Below are positions 48,900-56,823 of a stretch of 56,823 nt of DNA, in pieces. Source of the DNA: an uncultured Salinivenus sp. Its GTDB lineage: Bacteria; Bacteroidota; Rhodothermia; Rhodothermales; Salinibacteraceae. Position 1 is the stretch's first letter, and every line of letters starts with the position of its first letter. Both the position numbers and the translations under genes were made by a program. The stretch spans positions 1 to 56,823 of the forward strand of contig CAYRPX010000001.1 of assembly GCA_964426195.1 (NCBI GenBank), given 5' to 3'. Below the pieces are notes generated by a model. That model was given only the letters and a program-made list of their open reading frames with translations. It did no database searches and had not been told where the DNA came from.

Positions 48900-49084
48900 C
48901 CGTGAGGTAGCTCGCCCTATACTCGTAGACGGTTCCGTCGTGTCTCCGCGCGGCGGCGCGGTCACAGATCTCCGCGCGACTTCTCGAAGACCGTGGTTTC
49001 GATACCAGGGAGAGCGTTGCCAACCACGTACGTCGCGGCTGCGGCACCACCGCCCGCGCCGATCACGCCCAGTTTAACTGTCAT
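48900..49084 (-). pseudogene. Renalase-like (COG3380) FAD oxidoreductase 5' remnant
   Basis: MTVKLGVIGAGGGAAAATY...TTVFEKSRG, then a one-base frameshift near 48970 to ICDRAAARRHDGTVYEYRASYL. Resembles GxGxxG...FEKSRGxxGRxATRR...YDYGANY. Confidence 0.75.
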
Positions 49085-49220
49085 ACTTCTATGTCGGGAC
49101 GAAGTCGCCGATGGGCCTTGGGAGGAAAACAGAAGAAGCCTGCCTCTGTGGCAACCTTCAATTTTGAGGATTAGCTAACTTTCCGTTCGGACCTTCCTCT
49201 CTCAACAGAGCATCCCCTCA

Positions 49221-49417
49221 GAACCTGTTTGGCGAGCGAATGAGACGCCGAGACACAGTGGGCGACGCCGCAATGAGCCGCTCAAATGAACCTTATAGCG
49301 GAGCTACCAGGTGATATGCCGAAGGGTTATTGCGCAAGATCCACGAAGTCGCAGCGCTGGGAACGGAGTGACCGAGTACTCCCCGGGGTGGCCGCAGACG
49401 TCTCGCCAAACAGGTTC
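49221..49417. mobile_element. 197-bp MITE, IS5-family-like
   Basis: Perfect 16-bp TIRs GAACCTGTTTGGCGAG (49221-49236) / CTCGCCAAACAGGTTC (49402-49417); TCA direct repeat on both sides; no transposase. Confidence 0.85.
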
Positions 49418-49493
49418 TCAGGGTGTGACCGAGACTCGAAGTGGAGGGCGGTAGGCGTTTCGGATCAGTTTGGGACCACCTCGGGGGGGGATA

Positions 49494-51497
49494 CTACGGC
49501 TGCGCGCCGACTCCTCCGAACTCGAACCGCGCTCCGCCTTCCGATCCCTCCGTCAGAGTAAGATCCCAGGTGTGGGCCTCTGCGATCGATTGAACGATCG
49601 AAAGCCCCAGTCCCGTCCCCTCCTCCCGCGTGGAAATCCCTTCCTTCAAGACCTTATCGCGTTTCTCCTCGGGAATGCCGGGCCCGTCGTCTTCGACGTA
49701 GAATCCGTTTGGGAGCGTCCCGACCGTGACCGTTACGGACTCTCCCCCGTGTTCTACCGCGTTGCGAAACAAGTTTTCGAGCAAGCGCACCAGACGAGAC
49801 TTATCGGCCCGCAGTTCCACGTCCCCTTCGATGCGAAGCTCGGCGTTGCCCGTCTCGACGTGCGACCAGCCCTCCCGGATCACAGCCTCCAGACGGAGCG
49901 AATCAAGCTCCTCGGGACACACCTCTTCCTGGTCCCGGGTAAACGTGAGCACGTCCTCGACGATCCGGTCCATGCGGTCCAGGACTTCCCCGAGGACCTC
50001 CAGGTGAGACGGGTCTTCCTCTTCCTTTGCCAGCTCGTGGCGCATCATCGCCACGTGAAGAGGATTACGGAGGTCGTGGGAGAGCACGCATGCAAAGCGG
50101 TCGAGCCGTTCATTCTGGCGCTTTAGACGCTCTTTGGTCCGCTTCTTCTCGAGCTCCCCCCCGGCCCACTGACTGAGAAGCTCGAGGAACGCTCGTTCGC
50201 CACTCGTAAACGGCTTTTCGCGGGGCACCGGCCCGGCAAAACAGAAGGTCCCGAATAGCTCCCCCTCCACCCGCACCTTCGCTCCAAGGTACGTCCCGAA
50301 CTCAAGCGCCCGTTGCGCCGCCACGTCCTTCCATTCGCCCGAGGGATGGTGCACGGCAAGAAGGCCTTCGGTCTGCAGGGTCTTCTGACAATGAGACTGC
50401 GAGAGCAGGCAGGTCATTCCGGTCTCAAGACGGGGATGTCCCCCGGTGCTCTGGACAATCTGGAGCCGATCGTCCGATATGCGGCTCAGATAGCCGTAGG
50501 GAAGCCCCAGATAGTCCCGTCCCAGATCTAGAAGCCACTGGACCTTCTTTTCGAACTGTGCCTCGGAATCGGCCGTGATGCGCTGCAGTCGACGAAGAGC
50601 GAGCCGTTCCTGCTCTCGCTCGGAGGGCTCGCCCTCCCGCTTCTGCCCCTGCCTCTCCCGATCGGGCTTTTCCAGAAGATCTCCGATGGCCCGGGCGATC
50701 AAGGCCAAAAAGGTGGCGTCCGCCTCATCGAACGGCTTCTCCCGCGGCGACTGGTCCGTAAAGCAGACGGTGCCGAAAAGCTCTCCGCTGGCAAACACCC
50801 TCGCGCCGAGATAGGTCGAAAATCCGAACTTCTCATAGGCCGGATCCTCTGCCCACCCTTGCTCCTCGGCGTCGTCTATGGCCAGGCCTTTCCCCTCCGC
50901 CAGGACCGCCCGGCAATTTGTCGTCCAGAGATCCTTGGTAGCGGGCCCCTCCGCCGGGCACGGGCCGCCAGCCCCCACTGTCTTGTGAACGGCGGCTTCC
51001 ACGTCGATGCGATTGAGGTAGCCCCCTTCCACGCCCAGTCGTTCGGCCCCCAAGTCCAGGAGCTTCCGGATCTTCTCGAAGGGGGACAGCTCCTCAGCCC
51101 GCATAATGCCACGAAAGCGACGAAGATATTGGATGTCGTCGGTGTCCTCTCCCTCCGGAGAAGTCCTCTGGACCGAAGAACTCTTTTCTGGAAGGCCCCG
51201 ATCGGCAGTTGCCCCTTCCGAAGAGGGCACATCTTCGCCTTGATCGGGAAGGGCGTCCGATAGAACATTTGGACTCACGCTGAGCGCCCCCTTCCCGGAA
51301 GAAGACGATCCAGAAGAAGACGATCCAGACGAGGACGATTTAGAAGCAGCCGCCTTAGAAGCAGAGTTTTCGGAAGGACCTCCTGATTCGGGGAGAGATC
51401 CTGATGAGAGGTTTCTCTCCTCGAAAGCCTCTTCCTCCGAGTAGATGGAAAAAAAGACGCCGCCAAGTCCGGTGGAGGATCCCTCTGCGCTGGCCAT
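49494..51497 (-). CDS. GAF-GAF sensor histidine kinase, haloarchaeal-like kinase core
   Basis: Two GAF repeats (YLGA.V...GELFGT.CF), SHDLRNPL H-box, ENLFRNAVEHG, FYVEDDGPGIP, GTGLGLSIV, GGARFEF; Ser-rich N-terminus. Confidence 0.92.
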   Translation of the reverse strand: MASAEGSSTGLGGVFFSIYSEEEAFEERNLSSGSLPESGGPSENSASKAAASKSSSSGSSSSGSSSSGKGALSVSPNVLSDALPDQGEDVPSSEGATADRGLPEKSSSVQRTSPEGEDTDDIQYLRRFRGIMRAEELSPFEKIRKLLDLGAERLGVEGGYLNRIDVEAAVHKTVGAGGPCPAEGPATKDLWTTNCRAVLAEGKGLAIDDAEEQGWAEDPAYEKFGFSTYLGARVFASGELFGTVCFTDQSPREKPFDEADATFLALIARAIGDLLEKPDRERQGQKREGEPSEREQERLALRRLQRITADSEAQFEKKVQWLLDLGRDYLGLPYGYLSRISDDRLQIVQSTGGHPRLETGMTCLLSQSHCQKTLQTEGLLAVHHPSGEWKDVAAQRALEFGTYLGAKVRVEGELFGTFCFAGPVPREKPFTSGERAFLELLSQWAGGELEKKRTKERLKRQNERLDRFACVLSHDLRNPLHVAMMRHELAKEEEDPSHLEVLGEVLDRMDRIVEDVLTFTRDQEEVCPEELDSLRLEAVIREGWSHVETGNAELRIEGDVELRADKSRLVRLLENLFRNAVEHGGESVTVTVGTLPNGFYVEDDGPGIPEEKRDKVLKEGISTREEGTGLGLSIVQSIAEAHTWDLTLTEGSEGGARFEFGGVGAQP

Positions 51498-51599
51498 GGT
51501 GCGGGCCGTATGTGGATGAACTGAGAAGAGAATGGTTAAAAAAATAAAGGGACAGGGAGATCCCACTCAGTGGCTGATTTCATCTACGAAGCCCCTCCT

Positions 51600-51641
51600 C
51601 ACGGCAATCCCATCTGGGCGACGGTGGACTGCTCGTGCCGT
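51600..51641. repeat. 42-bp dispersed repeat, copy 2
   Basis: 35/42 ungapped identity to 48578-48619. Confidence 0.8.
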
Positions 51642-51759
51642 TTTACTGGGGCAGCGCGTTCATGTCCCCACGCCCCCTCCCGCTCCACATTCGGGTGTGA
51701 GGAAGTTCGTGAACTGTTTTTGCCTAAGTAGACCCGAGAAACTACGTTCATCGGAAGCT

Positions 51760-51982
51760 GTCATTTCGAGCGGAGCGCTGGAAGCGAATGCGAGGGCCGG
51801 AGGTCATGCTGCTTGCAGCACGAGTCCTCCTGGGGTGCGAAGCGGAGTCGAGAACTCTTATCGAGGACCGGTATTGGCCGTTTTTTCGACGCTCCCGCTT
51901 GCCTCGGGAAGATTCCCAGAGGATGACCCTGCGGGCCCCTTCGACTCCCTCTTCCTTTCGCTTGTCGGTTGCTCAGAATGAC
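51760..51982. repeat. REP/REPIN-like palindromic element
   Basis: GTCATTTCGAGC...GCTCAGAATGAC ends (10/12 complementary) with inner arms GGAGTCGA/TCGACTCC. Confidence 0.55.
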
Positions 51983-52010
51983 TGCCGTTAACATACCTTT
52001 TCGGGGCTAC

Positions 52011-53765
52011 TTAGTACGCCGCATCGAGAAGGGCGGCTACGTAGACGAGCGGAGCGTTCCAGTTGATCGCGATCTCGTTCGAGGCGTAGCTACACAGATG
52101 ATCGACGTACGAGCGGGCCGGCCGGTCCGACGGGTACTCGACGCCGCTGGCGGTGCAGTTGTCTCGATCCTGCTGTCCCGGGTTGGGACCGCCTGCCAGC
52201 AGCCCCGGCACGGGAGCGGTCACGGTGTCGGCCTCGGAGGGGCGGTGGTGAATGTGCATCGGCGTTCGGTTGCCCCTTCCCGTGAGGAAGCTGTAGCCGG
52301 TGGCGTTGCGGCCCAACAGATAGTCCAGGTTGGCGAGGGTAGCGTCGCGATAGGCAGGGTCCCCCGTGAGACGATACGCCTGAAGGAGTGCCATTCCCTG
52401 ATTGCCAGCCACGCTGTTGCTTCCCCACTCGAAGTCGCTTTCCTGGTGCCCCATGACGGTGCCGTAGGGGACCTGCTTTCGGGCTTCGGCGAGCCGATCG
52501 GCGAAGCGGAGGAAGCGGTCTCGGAGCATTGTCGTGTCGACGGCCGAGGCCACGGCCTGCCGGTGCTCCAGCAGCGTGTACCAGCCGAGGGCGCCCACGT
52601 CGGGCCAGGACGGCACGGAGACATCCAGGTCCAGCGGCGAGGCGGCGACGAGAAAGCTGTCCGCCCCGGTGGTGACGGCCAGCTCGGCGGCGGCCCAAGC
52701 AAACTCGTCCTCGAACCTGCGGTCCCCGTACGCGCCGGTCGTCACGTCCGGATCGTACTCATCGTTGAGGCCCTGCTGGTCGTATGGCACGTCGGGGTGG
52801 CGGCGCGCCCAATCCCAGGCGTTGAGCGCGGCGACGCGCATCGAATCGGCCAGGCCCGGAACACTCTCTTCGTAGTCCGCAAAAAGCCGGGACGCCTGGG
52901 CCATGACGGCGGCGAAGTCCAGGGCCGCCGCGGTGCCCTTTCGCACCACGTAGCGCGGGGCGGTCGCCTCGTGCGGCATCACCATCTCCGAAAAGGAGGC
53001 GTGCGTGAGCTTGTGGTAGATGCCGCCGTCGGGCGCCTGCATGTCCAGCATCCAGCGCAGGTTCCAAAGCGCCTCGTCCAGGATGTCGGGCACGTCGTTG
53101 CCACTCTCGGGAATGTCGGTCTCCAGCCCCTCCGCCACGGCCGGCGCGTGCTCGGCGAGCGCCAGCAGGGTGTAGGTGCTGATGCCCGAGTTGACAACGT
53201 ACTTGTTGTAGTCGCCCGCGTCGTACCAGCCCTTCGGCGCCGCGATGCGGGTGCCCGCCGGACGGGCGTCGGAGGCAGCGGACGGGTGGACGCGGACGCT
53301 GTCATCGGGGTGCCCTGCGGGACGGGCCCACCGTCCGGCGTAGCTCTCCGGCAGCGCGGTGGAGCCCCGCTCGAAATAGTAGCCCTTGAGGGCGGACCGC
53401 GCGACCGACTGAAGTATGTGCGGCTCGATCGCAAACGCATGCGACGTGCCCACCCCCGGCACCACGAGCCGGTACGAGCCGGTGTCCGTCAGACTCGAAA
53501 AGTCGGCCGTTCGCACGGTCTCGCCCGAGAGCTCCCAGCGGCGGGCTCTCCCGAGCGATCCACTCTGCACGGTGTCGTCGGAGGCAGCTCGGACGACGTG
53601 GAACGAAGTGTCCGATGCCCCTACGACGACGGCCGTCTTCGGGGCATTGGGCAAGAATCCGACCTGATTTAAGCGGAGGCGGTCGGGGCCCTCGAGAGGC
53701 TCGGAGCCGGAGCATCCGGCCATCAACAACAGAAGTCCGGCGAACAAGGGAAGGCGGTTGAGCAT
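52011..53765 (-). CDS. GH9 endoglucanase lipoprotein with N-terminal Ig-like domain
   Basis: Lipobox MAGC; RLNQVGF, GWYDAGDYNKY, YLLGRN..GYSF.TG, HHRPS, YASNEIAINWNA. Confidence 0.94.
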   Translation of the reverse strand: MLNRLPLFAGLLLLMAGCSGSEPLEGPDRLRLNQVGFLPNAPKTAVVVGASDTSFHVVRAASDDTVQSGSLGRARRWELSGETVRTADFSSLTDTGSYRLVVPGVGTSHAFAIEPHILQSVARSALKGYYFERGSTALPESYAGRWARPAGHPDDSVRVHPSAASDARPAGTRIAAPKGWYDAGDYNKYVVNSGISTYTLLALAEHAPAVAEGLETDIPESGNDVPDILDEALWNLRWMLDMQAPDGGIYHKLTHASFSEMVMPHEATAPRYVVRKGTAAALDFAAVMAQASRLFADYEESVPGLADSMRVAALNAWDWARRHPDVPYDQQGLNDEYDPDVTTGAYGDRRFEDEFAWAAAELAVTTGADSFLVAASPLDLDVSVPSWPDVGALGWYTLLEHRQAVASAVDTTMLRDRFLRFADRLAEARKQVPYGTVMGHQESDFEWGSNSVAGNQGMALLQAYRLTGDPAYRDATLANLDYLLGRNATGYSFLTGRGNRTPMHIHHRPSEADTVTAPVPGLLAGGPNPGQQDRDNCTASGVEYPSDRPARSYVDHLCSYASNEIAINWNAPLVYVAALLDAAY

Positions 53766-53789
53766 GAAGATAAGGGTCGATTCGAGGAG

Positions 53790-53976
53790 AGAGATCAGGA
53801 TTCCATTCCTTCCACAGCTCGACTTCATCGAGCGTGAGGGTCGGCTCGTAGTCGTAGACGGCCTGCACGCGGCCCTCCGGGTGGGCGTCGAGCCACTCCG
53901 ACCACACCATGAACCAGGCCCATCGCGACTGGGCGTCGAGGATTTCGGGGCGGGGCAGGTGGCCGACCTCCCCCCT
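53790..53976 (-). pseudogene. GH26 beta-mannanase C-terminal remnant
   Basis: GEVGHLPRPEILDAQSRWAWFMVWSEWL...VQAVY...TLTLDEV resembles the GH26 nucleophile/C-terminal region; the N-terminal part is absent. Confidence 0.7.
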
Positions 53977-54460
53977 ATCCATCGACCATCTCTAATACCA
54001 TCTGACGAGGATCGGTGTGCAGGATCTCCGGTTCGGGGCAATCCAGTCAATCGATTTTCATCTTGCTATTTCCTCCTTCGGTCGAGAAAGAACGGCGGTA
54101 TCAAAAAGTACATACTGGACTTTGGGAGTTGGTATAAGGCCGGCTTGTGATATGGGGAAAGATGTGTGCAAAGTCCTGAAAACGAGCTCTTCTTGGGAGA
54201 AAAGCTCACCTACGTCGCTCTGAGCTCGATTCAGAGCCTATCAACTGGGGAAGAAGGCGAACGAGAGGCGTCGTCGTAGCCGACACGCTCGATCCAACGA
54301 AGAGCCCCCACCCATCAACAGCACAGGCACGAGACGATACCTCAAAGAACCAACTTGGATGGCGTGGACCGTCTATGACCACCGATCTTCTCCCCTCTAC
54401 CTCTGCTCGTCTTACAAGCAATCGGACCGCTGTACGTGCTTGGCTCACCCCTGAAGCAGA

Positions 54461-55375
54461 CTAATTCTCCGACCCAGTCGGGAAGAGCTCTTTCAAGCGC
54501 TCAATCGAAACCTGACGACCGTACTGCCCGAGCTCGAACGCCTCGGCGTATTCGACCTCACGAGCTCGCTCTTCCCCATACAATTGGGCGAGCCGATCTC
54601 GGTACTCGTCAGCAATTGCAGCCGATCTCTTCTTCACGGTATTCACGAGATACTGCTCCCGGGCTTCCGGATCGTCCGGCACCTCCGGGTTGGTCTGGGC
54701 CTGCCAGGACCCGGCGTCTCCGAACTGCGAAGGCATCGAGTGGACACACTTCCACTTCTTCTCGGCAACCTCGTCGAAGCCAAGCACGATGTCGGGCTGG
54801 AAGGGATACGGTTTCTGGAATCCGTCGTGCAGATGGAGGAAGATCGGATTCTGATCGAGCGCCTCGGTGAGCGGTAGAAAGTTTTTTGCCATCACCATGA
54901 CCGAGGCGTCGTGCGCGAGTTCGCCTGTATACCGATGATCGGGGTGGTAGTCGTAGGGGCGATGCGAGAGGACGATGTCCGCGTCCCATTCCCGAATGAG
55001 CCGCACAAACGTTTTTCGGTTCTCAAGACTGGGCATCAGCTCTCCGTCGTGGATGTCGAGAACCTCGGTCTCGATGCCGAAGACCTTCGCACAGTCCTGG
55101 ACCTCGTTCTCGCGGCGACGGGCGAGAGGACCGCCAGCCATCGTAAAGTGCCCGATGTCGCCGTTGGTCGTAGAGACGAACTTCACCGCAGCCCCTCGCC
55201 GTGCCCATTTGGCCGCCACTCCTCCGGCGTCCAACTCGCAGTCGTCCGGATGCGCTCCGAAGGCGATGACCCGAAGCGTGTCGTAGGGGGCTTGGGCAGA
55301 GGAGGAATTGGGCAGGAGAACGGCCGCAACCAGAAGAACGAATACGGTCGATAAAACACGCCTACAGCAATTCAT
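54461..55375 (-). CDS. Secreted PIG-L/LmbE family deacetylase
   Basis: GAHPDDCE, TNGDIG, RRENE, HDGEL, DYHPDH; signal peptide ending SSA. Confidence 0.92.
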   Translation of the reverse strand: MNCCRRVLSTVFVLLVAAVLLPNSSSAQAPYDTLRVIAFGAHPDDCELDAGGVAAKWARRGAAVKFVSTTNGDIGHFTMAGGPLARRRENEVQDCAKVFGIETEVLDIHDGELMPSLENRKTFVRLIREWDADIVLSHRPYDYHPDHRYTGELAHDASVMVMAKNFLPLTEALDQNPIFLHLHDGFQKPYPFQPDIVLGFDEVAEKKWKCVHSMPSQFGDAGSWQAQTNPEVPDDPEAREQYLVNTVKKRSAAIADEYRDRLAQLYGEERAREVEYAEAFELGQYGRQVSIERLKELFPTGSEN

Positions 55376-55393
55376 ACCGATCGATCTGTTAGT

Positions 55394-55592
55394 ACTGAGC
55401 GCCTCCGTGAAAGTCGGAAGTCCAAGGCCAGGGGAAAGCGGCCCCGCTATCAGCGAAGCCCCATATGGCTGCGAAAGATGCTGGAGGGCGAACTCGAACC
55501 TGACCCAGATACTGGCTCGATCGTGCGCCGGATCTTTGGTCTCCGAGACCAAGAGGAGAACTTTCCGCTCGATTGCCGAGACTCTGAACGCC
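55394..55592 (+). pseudogene. Serine recombinase (recombinase-domain) remnant, frameshifted
   Basis: Across frames: TERLRESRKSKARG / EAPYGC / EGELEPDPDTGSIVRRIFGLRDQ / TFRSIAETLN, resembling the ER..G..KA..G..PYGY...IVRRIF...IA..LN pattern. Confidence 0.65.
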
Positions 55593-55692
55593 CCCAGCTC
55601 CCTGGAACTCAACATCATTCTCACCGGACCACTCTCCTTGCGACCAAGCTGGTATTCGGCAGCTGACGGGGAGCGGATGAGACGAATACAAA

Positions 55693-56823
55693 CTACTCTG
55701 CGCCCTTCTCAATGCCGCGCAATGTCTCTTGAAGCGTGCGGTACGCCTCCCCCGCGCTCGGACCCATTGCACTTTTAGATATTGGACTCTCCTCGGCGGG
55801 GTCGTTCCTGACGTCGTAGAACTCGCCGGTATTGTACAATTTCCAGCGCTGGGTGCGCACAAATCGTCTGCCCTCGGAGTCCGCGTGGGGACGGGACTCC
55901 GAATAGGCCCAGGTTCGGGGCGCCTCTCCCGTTCCCCGCATCAAGGGAGCAAAGCTTTTTCCGTCGTAGGCGCCCTCGTCGATCTCAGTGTCGGCGAGGT
56001 CGGCGAAGAGCGGGAGGAAATCGCTAAAGTCGACCAGCGCGTCGGTTTCGCCGGGGGATGTAGTGCCGGGCCACGAAACAATAAGGGGCACGTTTACGCC
56101 CGCGTCGGTCAGTTGCCCTTTTCCACCCGCACGCTCGATCGGTTCGGAGACGAAGCTGCCCTCCCGGTAGGCGAGGTGCTGGGTCTGATCCGTCCCGTTG
56201 TCGCTCGTGAGAACGACGACGGTCTCCTCCCGCAGATTCATCTGTTCGAGGGCCCAGACCAACTGCCCAATTTTATCGTCGGCCTCCGCCAGCATTTCCT
56301 CGAAGGACTCGTAGCGTCCCTGCGGTCCGTGCGGCGGCGGCACCGACGGGGTCCACGACTCTAGGTTCCAGTCGTCGCCGACCTTGTGGACCAGCGTCAT
56401 CGAATAGAACGCGAAGAAGGGCCGCGCCCTCTTCTTCTGCTCGCGCATGAAGTCGAGAAGGAAGTCCACATATTGATCGGGGCCGTAAGCACCGGTTTCG
56501 GTGCGCTTCTCTCCGTTTTCCCAGAGGAGCGGACTCCAGTATCGGGGGCCTTCGTGCCAGCCGTACAGGAGATACTCGTCAAAGCCCATTTCGTGCGGAT
56601 GGGTCGGGGTTTCCTGCAGCAGTTCGAGCTGCCATTTCCCGGCTACCGCCGTGGCGTAGCCCGCGTTCTGCAAAATTCGGCCCACCGTCCGGGTCAAGTC
56701 GTAGCCCTCCGGAAACTGGCCCCATTCGAGATCGCTCAGGCGAATGGGGTATTGCCCCGACATCAGCGTCGTGCGCGAAGGGTAACAGGTCGGAAGGCTG
56801 TACGCGTGATGAAACGTGAGACC
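55693..56823 (-). CDS. Cys-type sulfatase (5'-truncated by window edge)
   Basis: Frame open to the window end: GLTFHHAYSLPTCYPSRTTLMSG; GKWQL, TSDNG, GGKG...GVNVP. Confidence 0.92.
   Translation of the reverse strand, partial: GLTFHHAYSLPTCYPSRTTLMSGQYPIRLSDLEWGQFPEGYDLTRTVGRILQNAGYATAVAGKWQLELLQETPTHPHEMGFDEYLLYGWHEGPRYWSPLLWENGEKRTETGAYGPDQYVDFLLDFMREQKKRARPFFAFYSMTLVHKVGDDWNLESWTPSVPPPHGPQGRYESFEEMLAEADDKIGQLVWALEQMNLREETVVVLTSDNGTDQTQHLAYREGSFVSEPIERAGGKGQLTDAGVNVPLIVSWPGTTSPGETDALVDFSDFLPLFADLADTEIDEGAYDGKSFAPLMRGTGEAPRTWAYSESRPHADSEGRRFVRTQRWKLYNTGEFYDVRNDPAEESPISKSAMGPSAGEAYRTLQETLRGIEKGAE

Noticed and set aside
51969-53672. 567-aa + strand ORF
   Set aside because: Antisense shadow of the GH9 gene.
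53766-54050. N-terminal extension of GH9 in the ORF track (start 54050)
   Set aside because: The lipoprotein signal begins at 53765, and the extension overlaps the GH26 remnant in another frame.
1-56823. CRISPR arrays, tRNA/rRNA genes, intact transposases or defence systems
   Set aside because: No regularly spaced repeats, cloverleaf signatures or matching ORFs recognised by eye; tRNAscan and Rfam were not run.

Overview
GC-rich bacterial DNA with strongly acidic proteins, most consistent with a Salinibacter-like halophilic Rhodothermota genome (GlnRS-YqeY fusion, SusC/SusD, haloarchaeal-type kinase); the taxon is inferred, not confirmed. About 1-19.2 kb is housekeeping: glnS, gltX, three PPIase/SurA-type foldases with MoxR, ferredoxin-NADP reductase, fxsA, a TerB-like protein, pepP and DUF4212-actP. 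About 19.7-56.8 kb is an accessory carbohydrate region. Its centre is a minus-strand cluster: susC, susD, DUF5916, gluconolactonase, Tat-RidA, two Tat-exported SelA/DgaE-like PLP enzymes, two secreted COG3964 amidohydrolases, a VCBS/ASPIC protein, a sugar dehydrogenase-cytochrome c fusion and a lipoprotein Rid. It has no recognisable glycoside hydrolase and every enzyme carries an export signal. I propose it is a periplasmic, non-phosphorylative oxidation/deacetylation/deamination pathway for an N-acetyl amino sugar. Two near-identical LacI-type palindromes link its parts. Flanking genes encode sulfatases, an esterase, a PIG-L deacetylase, a Tat Gfo/Idh/MocA enzyme and a GH9. Intergenic DNA holds a 197-bp MITE, remnants of GH26, renalase-like and serine recombinase genes, and a duplicated 42-bp element. 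No rRNA, tRNA or CRISPR array was recognised. All family calls come from motif recognition, not database searches.
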